Positions 25,867-39,621 are shown, numbered from the stretch's first letter. The stretch is 64,000 nucleotides of DNA from Patellaria atrata CBS 101060 (GCA_010093705.1 MU006090.1:682001-746000); one strand, 5' to 3'. The notes: generated by a model not told the origin, from the letters alone. A program made the numbers and translations.

Positions 25867-28800
25867 ATGGATGCCGGAATCAGGGTAGATTCCAAAGCAA
25901 GAATCGAGGATGGAAGATTAATAATTTGGAGAAAGAATTCCGAGACTCATAATAAGGGCTAGATACAGTAAGGAATAGATAGCTCTTGTTGTATATTGCT
26001 AATAGTCATATTTGGCAGGTTCATCGCTATAAATGGGATCTGTGAAAACACCAGGAGCCCTTGGACTAATAAATCCACTTTTTGGATTGAGGATTGTTTG
26101 CTGCATGATTTTTTAATGCAACTTTGACCGTTCTGAATTTTCAAATGCAAGAGTTCAGAAGTTGGCGAACTCTTTTGGACTGTGGTGAGAGGCTACATTA
26201 CGAGCTTAAGAATATCCTCTCTGCCACAGAGGTCTGTGCCTCCACAGCAAAAAATATCTTATTCTCAGTATTGATTTTCTTAGTCATGTCAAGTCTATCT
26301 GTGTCACGGATTAGGTGGGTTGGTGTTTCACCAGGTATGAGCTTCAATTTGACAGTCCACGTTTTTCCTTTGCGAGCATCTCTGATTTGAATCATTGAGT
26401 ACGCAATCTATCTCTGGCACACGAAGCTAAACAGACAAACCGATTGGTTCAATCCTTCTCTCGCAGTTTTCTTTGGCACTCCAGTGGATATAAATTCTGA
26501 AATAAGAACCATGAAAAAGGTGTTGAGGGAATTTGTTATTGTTGAATCTGGTGGAACACAGGATCTCCTCGGGGATATGAATGATGAGATAGCAAAAGAG
26601 ATCATGGATTTGGGTAAAAGCTTATCCAGAGATTCAAACATCCCGTCCATAACTTTCTACGAAAAGGGCGAGAGTCCGGTGAAGAAGTCTAGGTTTGGAA
26701 CAAAAAGGAGATTGGTATGCGCTTTACCCCTCTGAGGCATTTACCTAGTTAACGACAAATAGCTAGTATCTGAATCGATGGCTTCAATTGGGCGCGGGAA
26801 ATCCTTTGATACGCCGGAAGACCATATCAATGTTGCGAGACTTGAGCATGACTTATTTGAAAAGTTGAAGCTGGAAATGAAGAATACTACTACGAGATAT
26901 ATTAATGGTATGGTCACGATTGTTAGTTTATTTATTCCGATAATAACAACATTAGCAGACTTAACAATAGCGGACGGATTGACTGCAAATCAGGATAAGA
27001 CCGAAGTTGAAAAACAATCGTCGTTTGTACCAAGACTCCAGGGACGAGGTCGGCAAGATTCGAACAAGACATCTCATAATGCAAACACACAATTCGCTAT
27101 CCATAGCTTCTCAGAACATGCTAGCGAGTTGGGGCTCGTTAGCGAACATGAGAACGATCAGACTGCAGTCCAAGCAGAGTTGATGCGATGGTATGCTACA
27201 ACAGGCTAGTCACTGATCCTTCCGTCCTCATATCTACTTATACATATAGATATCCCTTGGTTGTTGGTATTTGACAACGTCAATGATCTTAGCACTCTGG
27301 CCGAGTTCTGGCCCACTGGAAATACTGGCTCTGTACTCATTACTTCTCGAGATCACACATCTTCAACATTGACACTAGTAGAAGCTAGTGAAAAGATACA
27401 GGGGTTAAGAGCTGAAAAAGCAATTGACTTAGTCCAAAACCTTCTTGGACGGGCTCAAGTTTCCGAAGAAGAGAGAGAGGAGTTGTCAACGATTGTCGAA
27501 AAGGTGGAACATCTCCCACTCGCGCTTCAGAGTATAGCTAGAACCATGTTGAAAATGAAGTGTTCAGTGCACGATTTTGCTATGCAGTGTGCCGAGCTCC
27601 AGGATATCATTGAAGATTCTGGCCCGCGGCATTTTAACCGCCCAACTTCGCGCTATGAGCACTGTCTTCAAACTGTATGGAGATCAAGTTTAATGACCTT
27701 AGACCATTCGACGCGTAAGCTTCTCGAGGCGATATGTTTTCTAGATCCCGATGGTATCCAGGAAAAACTTTTAAGAGCTACCGTCAAGTAGAGGGATAAG
27801 GAAGCGCACTTTCCGCTGTTCTTAAGGGATTCTGACCTTTTCCGCAGTGGGGCTACCCTAATGAAACTATCGCTCGTCGAAAGCACAGATGACGGGGAAG
27901 AGTCTCGCTATCACATTCACCGTCTTATTCAGGCTTTTGTAAAATCTCAATTAACGGATAAGAGTAGCCAAAAAGCATTTGATGCCGCTCTAAGTATGCT
28001 TCTAGACGTTTGGCCTTTTGCAGATCAGCATGAGCGTACTCAAGTCTCATGTTGGAGTATCTAAGAAAGATACATGCAACATGTAAAGTCGCTACGATTA
28101 GCATATGAGAATTCTTGGGATAGTGATACAGAGAGTGTGGGGGGCCTCATCACAAATGTCTCGTTCGCCGATCTTATGAATAGTACAACCATGTAAGTAT
28201 ATCTCTCTTTCTGGATAAGGACAAAGTTATTGATTATGCAGGTATTGCGCGTGTCGAGCGTTATATTTTGATGGCTGGCTATATTTCCGCACCGTTGAGG
28301 ACTTTGTCAAAAGGGTATCTTTAGAGGATTTCTGGAAGGACCAAATTCTCCATTACGCGTAACAAATCGCTGGCTCTATCGCATGTCATATTGGAGATTT
28401 TATCGGTGGCTTAGAGTATCTTCTTAAAGCTCAAAGATTACTTTGCAATCTTTTCGACTCGGGCAAGTTGCGTCGACCAGACGACCGAGAATCCTGGTTT
28501 GCAGGAATGCTCGGGGGCGCTTATAATGGCCTAGGCCAAAATGACGAAGCTGAGAAATGATATCTTGAGTGCCTTAGACTTTGGACGATCCCAGCCCCTT
28601 CAACATTCATTATCTCTCTAGGTATTGCGTATCACCATAACGGCAAGCATGAAGAAGCAGAAATAACAATCAGAGATTTCATTGAAAGACGTCGAAAAAT
28701 ATTTGGCCCTGAAGACATGGTGGATTACCGGTACTGCTTACCTCTGTAAAACTTCAGAAATGCCACTGACATTGAAAGGGTTGGCTTCGCCTACTACAGT

Positions 28801-29280
28801 TTAAGCAACCTCCTACTTGATATGGGATGCTTGAAAGAAGCTTTTGACTGCTACTTAATTGCATTAAAACTCTACAAAGAAACTCAAGGTTTACAACATA
28901 TTCGGGTAGGACTTACATGCTATAAGTTAGGCATAGAATACTCACGCATGGGAACAAACAGAGATGAGGCAATGTAAGTGTCTTCATAGCTACAAAGTAG
29001 TACAACTTGCTTTGCTAATAAGCTTTCAGCAAATTGTTTGAACAAGCGATCGAAATATTTAAGACGGGATCCGCCCGGCAATATACTCAACGTGAACAAG
29101 CGCGGAGTATGTATATTAAGTATAGCGACCAAACAGCTCAGAGACGATGCATCTCAAAGCAGAGCTGATGAGCTAGAAAAGACGGTGGATGAAGTGCGAA
29201 AGAGGATCCTTGATCCTGAATATTTCCCTCCAGAAGGACAAGAAACATATGATGCTTTTGTCAGTCCTTGGAGTCGTTAG
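25867..29280 (+). pseudogene. Pseudogenised NLR: SesB-like alpha/beta-hydrolase + NB-ARC + TPR
   Basis: FIAING, LCHGLGGLV, FFGTP, ITFYE and DHINV (SesB-like); WLLVFDNV, SVLITSRD, HLPLAL and IHRLIQ (NB-ARC); TPR-like helices to 29280. In-frame stops at 25960, 27789, 28062, 28360 and 28558, a frameshift near 26110, and a disrupted Walker A near 27040-27060. Confidence 0.85.
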
Positions 29281-30339
29281 AGACAGCCCTCGATGAGGTT
29301 TGTACGAGAACATCAGAAGTCCAGGGGGAAGTAGTAAAACATTTGGCCATTGCATTCGGCTGGCTGTTTTACCCAGAAGGGTATGCGGCTCTAGTTTCTT
29401 ACTCGGTATACCAGCAGCTACAAAATTCCTAGACCTAGGAACTGTCCTGGTCAGGGGCTTGAGCGTGCCTCTGGATGATTTTTGGGTCATTCAAATCACC
29501 AAAAGATCGAAAATAACAGCCTTCCGGTGCACTAGCTATATGTCCCTCGATCCCTCTCTATCTCACTCAATGTCCAGCTGAGCTCTCTCTCCATACTTCA
29601 AGAGCATATTTCGGGGGGCTGCAAGGGAACACCTCAATGGTCCAAGGGGTCGTTCAAGCGAATGATCGCCCAAGGGCACCCCCAACAGCCGTACGTAGCC
29701 GCTAGTCTCACCTAGTTCTAGTAACCTCCATCTCGAACTTTCAAAGGTTCCATCACCTTTCATGCGAATTCTCGAGGGCAACGATAGGAAATAACGTTTC
29801 CTTCTGGAACGCAATGGCGATAGGCGTTTCTGCACTTTGACTTGGTTAGGAATGGTTCTACACCCTCCAGTGAGTTTCTCACGTCGTTATTCTCTCGCAG
29901 TTTGCGGTAGGACTAATCATTTTATCACAATCTACAGCTGTGGAGGAACTGTGCATGCATTTTTGTTTGCCTTCTTCAACTGCAGCCTCCAGTACTTTGC
30001 AGTTGCGCGGCGGTCAGCTAATAGTGACACCGGACACATCGACTAAGTATATAAGCCTAACGATAGTGTCATCTTGACATAGTTATTTGGCGCGAGAACT
30101 TGACCAATACTGCAGACAATCATAAAGAAGCATCCACTGTGGTTGACCGGAAAAGTCGTATTTTGTGAATATCAACAAATGTAGCGCACAGAAGTGGTCA
30201 TGAGTAAGTCCAGATGATGGTAGCATGACACGCTTGAGCATTGGGACTCCGCTAATAGTTGGAAGCAACGTTCCATATGGATATCTATGTCTTCGCTATA
30301 AGAGTCAAATCAACCATTCGTAAATTTCACTACGACTCC

Positions 30340-31829
30340 ATGCCGAAAATACAATCATTCCTCGATAGGCTCCTGGACACTGACCTAGATAGTAAACATG
30401 ACCTTAGTGATCTTTGGATTCTCCCCGTCAAAGAATATGCGAAACTTGATTCGGCAATTGGATCAGCAACCCAAAAAAAATAAGATACTCAAATATGGAT
30501 CCAAAAGAATATGGTTGTAAGAGCTGCAACATCCTGGCCCACTCGTAAGTGTGATACAAGGCTTTCCCAGCGCACATGCATTACAAGTATTCGGTTTGCG
30601 ATACGGGCTAGGCTTAAGAGACGTCATAACTCACCTCCACTTCCCAGGGCAACGTTCAGGATTTCAGGTCAATCCAGGTCTACCAGCTTACGATACATTT
30701 TCGTTTTCGGTTCGTGTTGTATCTCTTAGGTATTCCGTGACTCCTTTTTATGCACACAGGGACTCTCTGTCAGCGGTTCAAGGAGAAATTAAGGACAACT
30801 TAGAAGAATACAACAAAGGAGTGTTCAGTTTTCTAATGACCGGTCATGAGTGCTTTCGGAGGATAACTCTACACGATAGCCATCACTTCAGCGTAGAACA
30901 GCAGATCACGGTTACTATTGTTCCAAATCTGGGGGATCCAAGTGACTGGTCAGCTTTGATCATAAACGATTGTGGGACACCAACTACGGCAACACCTCCA
31001 TGGAAGATCTCAAGTGTGCAGAACAGCGACGTATCATTCTACGCAATCAAGGACCACAGATTTGAATGGATGGATCTCGGATAGAACACGGCGACCGAAA
31101 GACATCATAAAGCGTAGCCATCCAAATCCATTTAAGTCTTTATTCCTTCTTGAAAGCGACGGTGTTGAGATGGCAGAGCCATATTGCGTAACGATATCGA
31201 GAGACCCCTTTAACCTTATGTGCAATATTCTAAGGACCGCCGTTCTGTCCTGGGTGCAGCTGCTTGACTTTATTGGGGAGTCAGAAACCGGCGAAACGAG
31301 GAATTACGGCAACAAGATCGAACAATTGAGACAGAATAAGCAGTGTGTAGACGCTGCTTCTCGACATTTCCAAGAAGTCCTCCGGTTCATCGATCGTAGG
31401 GGAAACTCAATCAGGCTAACTTGCGAAACGGGAAAATGTGAACAAGGAGGTTTTGACGAGGCAAATTTCCCTCGCCTCAACTTCACCTCCCTGTTAGAAA
31501 GAGCTAACAACATATCCATTCAATGCAGTGGCTCAACAAACACAATTTTGAGTATAACAAGCGTTGAAGAGGCACAAAGGGCCGTATTATCAGCCAGCAG
31601 GCTGAAATTACTTACTTTGCTCGCATTCTATTTTATTCCCTTGAGCTCTATGGCTTCTTGCTTTGGAATGAACGTCCAAGAACTTGTGAAGAATGAGCCA
31701 CCGCTTCGAACCTTTCTAGCTGCGGTTGCGGTTTATACCGGATTGTCCAGCACGCTTCTGCTATGGTTAAAACATGAAACCGTGATCGCTCTATTCAACA
31801 AGACGATCTCATGTAATAGTTCCAAGTAG
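30340..31829 (+). pseudogene. Pseudogenised fungal CorA-like (GMN motif) membrane protein
   Basis: C-terminal VEEAQRAV...LLTLLAFYFIPLSSMASCFGMNVQEL plus a second TM helix. Frameshift in the A-run near 30475, TAA at 30518-30520, second frameshift near 31075. Confidence 0.7.
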
Positions 31830-32433
31830 TCGTAATATTCCGAGAAAACAGGAGAGGAGGTTACTAATTATACATAAGATACTAATGTTCTTCTGCATGA
31901 CTAACAGTCGCAAATTTCCAATTCCATAAGAGATTAGACCAAATAGAGGCTTTACTCATTGGGTTGCTCATTAAAGAAGCAATCAATCCCTGCATCCAAA
32001 ACCCATATACAGGTCTTGGAAGTGTGGGGTATCCTAGAAGACGACAATATGGCTAAATTTGGCTATTCTTCGAACGTCACAGGAAAAGCTTAGTATTTAC
32101 GATCTAGATGATAGATACAAACTGGAAGGGCCTAGCTTCACTGATTGATTTGACCAAACCAGCGTCCAACTGAAATTTTAAACCAGGTTCGACGGATTGA
32201 TGGAGGAAATATGGAGGACCAATAAGGAGAAGCATCAGATGGAAATCCGGCAGGGAGAATATTCAAGACGAAAAAAGAGGATTCGGAACTAGGGAAGTTC
32301 TTTCATGTGGATAATATGTTCTACAGTCAATTACTGACACGATCTTCTGCCGCGAATACATTAGGTATAGGATATCCACAACCACTGTGCAGTCTTCGTA
32401 CACTTCCAACAACAAGAGACAACACTCACCAAG

Positions 32434-33806
32434 ATGGGACCATACCTCTATCGAACCATATTGACAGCCCTGTTATGCTTGTCTCTCCCTTCTTTGAGTC
32501 AAGCACAGAGTTGTCCGGCCACTCCTTCACCATTCCCGAAAGCGGCAGCATTTTCTACCCAGGCAACGCTTCCAGATCCGTTCGTCTACTTGGATGGAAA
32601 GAGCCGAGTCACAACTCAAGAGGAATGGTACCAATGCCGCCAACCGGAAATTCTACGCTTGCTACAGGAATATCAATTTGGGTACTATCCAGACCATTCT
32701 GCTGAGACTGTGACTGCGACTCGGACTAGCAATACTCTGTCAATATCTGTGGCTGCTGGGGGGAAGACTGGTACATTCTCTGCGAGCATCAATCTACCCA
32801 ACGGAGCTTCCGCAGCTGCACCGTCACCAGTCGTTATTGCTATCGGCGGCATCGACAACAATGCGTATCTAAGAGCTGGAGTGGCAGTGGTGACTTTTGA
32901 TTACACGAAAGTGGCCCCTGATAGCAACGGCAAGACCGGAGCATTCTGGTCCTTGTATAATGGAAAGGATATCGGTAAATGGCCCCTTCCGAACTGTTCA
33001 TAATATTTAGAAATGAGACATCTACTGACCCTTACCAGGAGCCCTCACAGCATGGGCATGGGGCTTCCATCGTGTCCTCGACGCCCTCGAGCTCCGCGTT
33101 CCCGAGATCAACTCCACCCTCGTCGGCGTAACCGGCTGCTCCCGTCTCGGCAAAGCGGCTCTTGCCGCCGGTCTCTTCGATAAGCGCATCACGTTAACAA
33201 TGCCTATGAGCAGCGGGATACAAGGCCTCGGGCCGTATCGCTATAGCCTCAGCGGCCAAGGTGAGAATCTAGAGAACTCGAAACAGGGCGCCCCATGGTG
33301 GACGAACAGCGTGCTTGGCACCTTTGTCAACCAAGCGCAGAGGTTGCCGTTCGATGCACATACCATTGCGGCGGCTATTGCACCACGGGCTATCGTGATG
33401 GATCAGGGACAGAGCGACCCGTTCGTTGATTCAAAGGGCACCGCTGTTGTGACTTATCCAGCTGCGAAGTTGGTGTATGACTGGCTAGGGGTGGGGAAGC
33501 AGTTGGCGTTGGCGATTCGCTCAGGGGGACATTGTGATAACTCGGGATAGTAAGTCTTACTATTACGCAAACTTGAAGCCTTCTTTGTGTGCGTAGCTGA
33601 CATTATATAGCACGAATGTGCTTCCTTTCGTGTTGCAGGTTCTGAAGAGCACCCCTACTACAAGGGATTATACGAGTCTTTCGCCGTGGACAGCAATGAC
33701 AACAGCTTATCCGTGGTCATCGCAATCACCACCGCAAGCGGCTGCTGCTAGGGAAGCACCAAGGAAGAGATATGATACTCGTAGAACGTCGATGAAGGGG
33801 AACTGA
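32434..33806 (+). CDS. CE15 glucuronoyl esterase (4-O-methyl-glucuronoyl methylesterase), secreted
   Basis: Signal peptide, LPDPF, GALTAWAWG, catalytic GVTGCSRLGK, LPFDAH and GGHC; introns 32975-33038 and 33550-33610. Confidence 0.93.
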
Positions 33807-35618
33807 TTGAGTGGTCGAAGTTTGGTACACTAAGAACCGAGGTTAATCTTATTCAGACCTCTCGGGTTGACCACAAAATCGCATTAAAACTTATTTGCAT
33901 GAAAGAGCAGGGTCCCAATTAGTGCCTTCATGGGAAGAATCTATTTCCTGAATCGATTGTAGCGTGTTCTCCGGCTCGCTATATGGAATTTGTTACAGTG
34001 GTCCGGCTCTGAACTTTTGGTACTAACGATTATGATTATAGTGACCTTGTAGCATACATACGAAGAAATATCTTAACATCATAGCAACCTATCGATAGGA
34101 CAGTCTATCACGAGGGTTCTAACCTACGATAGCAATGTTGACTACTTGTGCCGCGATGAAACCAGACTCATTAAGGTCTCCATATAACGACGGTCGTTCC
34201 AACTGCTCTATAAATAAAGTCTGTCCTCTTTTAGCCAATTACTTGCTCATTCAAGCATTCATTGCTTTCATTTCGTTCACCTATTCTTTCAAGCCCTCTA
34301 ATCTAAGATCTTCATGGAGGCGTGAATCGGAGTCAGAGGGTGTTGCTTCTCAACACAGGTACTTCCCACGCGTATAGCATAGAAAGTAAAGTCAGCATCT
34401 ATATATGAGCATAAAGATATAATATAGTTGGGGTCTTGATTTGGTATTTCTGGACTTGCTAAGTGCAAGAGCTCCTAGAACCATACCATCACTCGGGAGA
34501 ATTGTACCGTTCGAGCGCTCACTTAATGCACTTCTTCGTCTGAGAGGGAGGACCTATACTATAGCCGTGTCACCGCTATTAACGTGCTAGGATCCGTGGA
34601 GGGTGTCATTGAGGTAAGTCTCCTTGAGCTCTGCGCTCGTATAACCGTAAGGGAATAATGCTAACATGACCCATCACATTAGTTTTATTACATTTGCTGG
34701 CTCCGTCCGATGGTTACCGAAGCCATTCATCCGTTCTATTTCTCCATCTGAGACGTAGCGAGGATCTATGGGTGAGAATCTTTCGTGAGTTCTGTCTCGA
34801 TATCCGCCGCTTCGACGTAGACTCTAGAGAGGGGAAACACACTGGTTCAATAACCCGCTTGCTATCGATCCTTACACCTCGTAGGCCCGTGTTGATGGAG
34901 TATGAAGAGTGCGGCTTTTAAATTCTTGTCAGCTGCTGTATCCCTGGAGAAAGTATACCTTACTGTTGGTGTAGTAGGTACCTTCAGTATTATCCGCGCC
35001 TTTCAAAAAGCCGGATACCTCTTCTTGCCTGGCGTGCATGAATGAGATCGTATAATGGCTTCGACAAAGGTATGTACGAATAGCACCGAGATGGATAACA
35101 TGAATACTTCGAAGGTGTTAAATGCTGCCTTATCGGTCTCCTCCGCTCTGCACTATAGCGACAACGTTCTTAGACGTCAATGCTCTCACCTATACTCCCA
35201 TCATTCCTCAGTCGCTATACACATCCGATCACCCTCTCGCAGACTTTCCTTCACAATTGCTCTTGTTTTGGAGTCATTATTGCACAACGGGGCCCAACTT
35301 CGGGGATTCTAATGGGGATAGGACCTTATTTGCGCACAACGCGTGGGAGGCGAAAGTGTTATGCAGAAAACTCGCGTCTAGTAAGGTCACAATGCGCTTT
35401 GTTGACGGCGAAAGGTGAAGAAGAAAAGCCTCATATAAAGTTTAACTTTGACCACGACTTATACTTTTCTTTCCCCAAAAATCTTTATACTCTTACACTC
35501 CACACAACAGACTTTTTAATCTTACAAAAGTCTAATCGTACTTTACGAACTTAATAACTTATAAAACACCGCAGCAACAATCTAAACGGCACCAACCACT
35601 CGTCATTCTTCGCGTCTT

Positions 35619-37320
35619 ATGAAGGACGGAGAGGACTCATCCCTGCCGCCAGAGCAACTGAAGACTCCTGCAAAGGATCCAACGCCTAAAACGAAGAAGT
35701 CAGCACCACCAAAGGAGAAGAGTTCAGCAAAGGAGAAATCCGTATCATCGAGGAAAGCAGACGGTGCAGCTAAGAAAGTGAATCCTGAACCGAAGGAACC
35801 TACGTCTCAACTTGCTCCTGAAAGTTTAAGGAGGAGCAATCGTGATAGGACCGGAAAGCGCAAACTTTCCGCGATCTGGCGCGAGTCCTACATCGACCGT
35901 AAGGATTAGGAAGGCCGAAAGGACGACCGAATGCCCGAAGCGGGTCAAGAAAACGCTCGAGGAGCTAGGGGTAGAAGCAAAGGTTGCTAAGAATAAAGCC
36001 AATGCTACTGCTAATGGTTCCGTCGACGGTCCTGCTGACGAAGGTGTTGTTGATACAGGAAATGCTACTAGTGTTGATCAACATACTAATACATCGTCCA
36101 TACAGAAGAACGACGAAGCGGATAATGAACCAACACCTGCGAGACCGGCTAAGAGGGCTCGCTATGCGGCACCGGTCCTCTCAAACTATTCTCTTCGAAA
36201 GACTAGAGCACGATCAAATCGCAATGCTACAGAGTCTTCAAAGAAGGTTGATGACAACAAGGCGACCCAGAAGACGCAATACAACGAGATCAAGGTCGTT
36301 ACCAAGAAGTCAACTTCGAAGACTGGAAAGAGGTTAGGGTTAACCGATACCACCAAGGCCACCCTAGGCGAGGATGAAGATGTGTAATCAGTCACTTCCT
36401 CCCTTTCGGATGCCCTCACCGTTACATCCATCCATGAAACGGAAGGTGCTAACATTACCGAAGAGATGCCTGTGGTAGACGCCAGCATGACTGCAGAACC
36501 GGCCAAGGTTCCAACAAAGGCTAGCACGCCGGAGACCGACAAGGCAACCTCAATCTTGACAGAGAACCTCGAGACTCTTTCTGTAACTGAGCCGGTTTCT
36601 GATGTCTATAGAGCACCGACTTCGACTCCGACTGAGAGGACACGAACTCCAGTTGATCCAATTCCTACTAATAACATTTCAGGGGAAGACACTCCTATAG
36701 CGGAGGCTCCTATGGAGAAGGCTCTTATGGTCGAGGCTCCTGTCTCAAATACTACGGCGGACGCGACGCTTGTCAATCCTCTTGACGCATGGACTCTGAC
36801 AGTAAACAATCTTGCCGCAGACGCTCCTGTTGTCGAAGTTCCCATCGTACAGGCTCCAGTCGCAGATGTTCCTATCTTAGACGCTGCTATCTTCGATACG
36901 CCTGGTACAGGTATCACTATGAACGCTGCTCCTATCGCCGACATAGGTATCGCTAATAGTACTGCCAATGTTGCCTCGGTTGCCGATACTACTACCAGCA
37001 ATGTTCCAGTTGCAGATGTCACGGTAGCTGAGAGTCAACCGATTGGTTCCACGGTTCCCGTTTCTAACGACGAAGTACCTGAAACCACAGTAGCGACGAC
37101 CATCCAATTCACTGAGTACGAGCTGGAAGACGCAGAGTTAAACCGTCTGATCTTTGGGGAAATTCCACCCTGGAACTGTGAGCTCGACAGGTTGATGGAC
37201 CAGATGGACCAGGCTCGTGATGCTGCAGAACGTATAGAAGGCACGCCGATGAACGTCGATAGGGCTGGAGTCGGGCCTGTTGAAGGACATGAGGTGGCTG
37301 GCTCGGAGGACAAGTTGTAG
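35619..37320 (+). pseudogene. Disrupted orphan gene for a low-complexity K/T/A/P/E-rich protein
   Basis: ORFs 35842-36387 and 36466-37320 are in the same frame, separated by a single TAA (36385-36387). The upstream ORF 35619-35909 joins by a frameshift. Confidence 0.5.
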
Positions 37321-37617
37321 GCCGCTATTTGGCCTAATTGGTATGGTGATTTCCGAAGTGTCTGTTTCTTTATAGGATCATATTGTTTGTAACTGGGCTG
37401 TAATTTTTTTGGCCTGTTCAACAAGTTACGGGCGTTATGACAAAATATGGGTATACCCTAGATCTTAGTGTTATAAAAATGTATTTCAATAACCAAAAAA
37501 ACTTGCAATTTATATAAACCTTTAACTTTCGACGTGATGATTAACCATATGATGCTTAGTAAACCCGTTCTCATCCCCTAGTTCCCCTTCTGTTCACTGA
37601 TAGGATATTGCGCACTT

Positions 37618-38414
37618 CTACAACTTTCTCGTGAGCACAATAGTGCTAGGCGACCGTTTTGACACCTTCAAGGCGCACATACTGACCAGAAAGTTTTGAA
37701 CACCAGTACCAATGAGCCGAAATGCTTCACCATTTTCTAAGCAAAATCTCGTCATAACGCACCTCTTCCTGGGCAGCCTCTTTCCCTTCGAAACAGAGGA
37801 CAGACGGAAGGACTCTCTTCTCCGTACAGTCAGCTCATCCTCTTGCTCGCAGGTTTTCTGTATCCTACAATCGCCGGTATGCCATCTCTTCGAAAAGGAG
37901 AACCAATCTACATAGTACATACGATCCTCCTCGTCCACCCACTGCAAATTTCAAGACAGCCAAGTTCTCGCACATATAGTTACAACTGCAGCTCCAGATT
38001 CCGCGCGAAGCAACAGGAAAGTACAGATTTCCAAGTGGAGCGATTTCTGGAGTAAAAAGGGGGAAGTAGGATTCCCGGGTTTCGCGCGGTACGAATCGGA
38101 TTCCTCGTCGGCCATGGCTCTATTGTGAGATAAATTCCAGACGTACGCTGATCAAAGCATCTCTGGTAAAGGTCTCTGGATTGCATACCTTCCGACGTGA
38201 CTTCTCGTGCTTCCGGTGTCCGTTTCCGGCATGGACAATAGGGGACGCCGCGACTTGTCGCTGCTGGGTTGGTGGTATACTCTATATTCCGGGGTGAAGG
38301 GGATCTCTTGGGTATGGAGGACGAGAGAGGGGAATGCTGATTGGTTTGGGGGGAGGGGGTATGTTCTACTCTCTGCGCTGTGGGTTGTGGTGTAGGTGTA
38401 CCGGGTGCTTTCAT
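37618..38414 (-). CDS. Hypothetical protein, possibly decayed, with a weak WW-like segment
   Basis: P-rich ORF from ATG 38414 with intron-like GTATGC...AATAG. The downstream segment WVDEEDRMYYVDWFSFSKRW resembles a WW motif, but splicing phase could not be reconciled. Confidence 0.2.
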
Positions 38415-38994
38415 GTATGGTTTATATGAGTATGTGTATAGCAGTATTGTCTTTTGACTCTATCTAATTGCCTTGCTGGGTAGATACAGTAAAGACTAGC
38501 GAATCTTTATCTATAGCTATTGGTCCGGGTAGATTTAATGCACAGAAGGATTGAGTAGTCATGACTATCACGTTAGGAGAGAGGGTCAAGCATATCATCT
38601 GGCGGGTGTAGTGCAACAGAGCGATCAATCTCAAAACTCACAATCAACAACAGGAAAATAAATGCAACAAAATTCTTTTTCCATTATGCTATCCAGTATT
38701 ACCGGCATCAAGGGATCCGGATCGACAAAACCGCCTAGGAGCAACTTACAACTAGATTGCCACCCTTCCGGTATCTCTCATCTCACAACACCAATGCAAT
38801 TAGCAAACCAAATGGGGGTGAGGATGTACTTACCTATAACCAACAACCAGCAGACCAACTCAACCTAATTCCCATACCTCTTACTCCCCCTTTCCTCCCT
38901 CCCCACATCCAAAGCCCTCATCCTAGCATCCAAATCCGCCATCTCCGCATTCGTCCCCACCCTCTGCGACTCCCTCGGGGTCCTTGAAGGAGAG

Positions 38995-39621
38995 TCAACG
39001 GGTAGGCCGACGGTGGCTGCTCGCAGTCCGCATGCCCATGCTACGGGTAGCCTCGGCAGGCGGAGCCGGAAACTGCGACGCGCGACGGACAAGTTGTTGG
39101 GGATATTCCTCGCGACGGGAGTGTGCGAGCGAAGCACGAGGTCGCATCGATGGTCTACGAGAGCCCTCATCAGCACGGAAGGAGCGTGGAGTCCCGCTCA
39201 CCCGCGTCCCTCGGTCCGTCTCGGCTCTCATGCTCGGCGCACGGGATGCTTCTGCTCTGAGAGAAGGGCCACGGGAGGATTCTACTCCCCGTTGGGAAGA
39301 CGCGGCTTCTATCATCCTCTGGCCATGGCGGTGATCCACGATTTCTTCGATTCGTCTGCTAGGGCCGCAGGAAGGAGGGGCTGCGATTTCCCTACCCGCG
39401 CGATCTCGCAAAGACCCGCCTTGAATCTCTTCTACGATTTGAGCGAGAGGTGTTGAGGGGGATGAGCGACTGCTGCTACCGCTGGAACGACGGTATGCGA
39501 TGATTTCCTCTTCGATGATGATGCCTCTGCTCTTGTTCTCGTATCTACGGTTGGCACGGATAATTTCTTCTTGTCCGCGACGGGAGTTGGAGGACGAGGA
39601 AGTTTGGCTGGTGGAATGCAT
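38995..39621 (-). CDS. Hypothetical R/S-rich disordered protein
   Basis: ATG at 39621 after an AAC-rich 5' leader; GC-rich coding-like ORF. A different frame continues to 38865, suggesting a frameshifted C-terminus. Confidence 0.45.
   Translation of the reverse strand: MHSTSQTSSSSNSRRGQEEIIRANRRYENKSRGIIIEEEIIAYRRSSGSSSRSSPSTPLAQIVEEIQGGSLRDRAGREIAAPPSCGPSRRIEEIVDHRHGQRMIEAASSQRGVESSRGPSLRAEASRAPSMRAETDRGTRVSGTPRSFRADEGSRRPSMRPRASLAHSRREEYPQQLVRRASQFPAPPAEATRSMGMRTASSHRRPTR

Noticed and set aside
34400..35420. Intron-like signal near 34614-34682 and a coding-like tail ending at 35418
   Set aside because: No start codon or continuous frame could be reconstructed.
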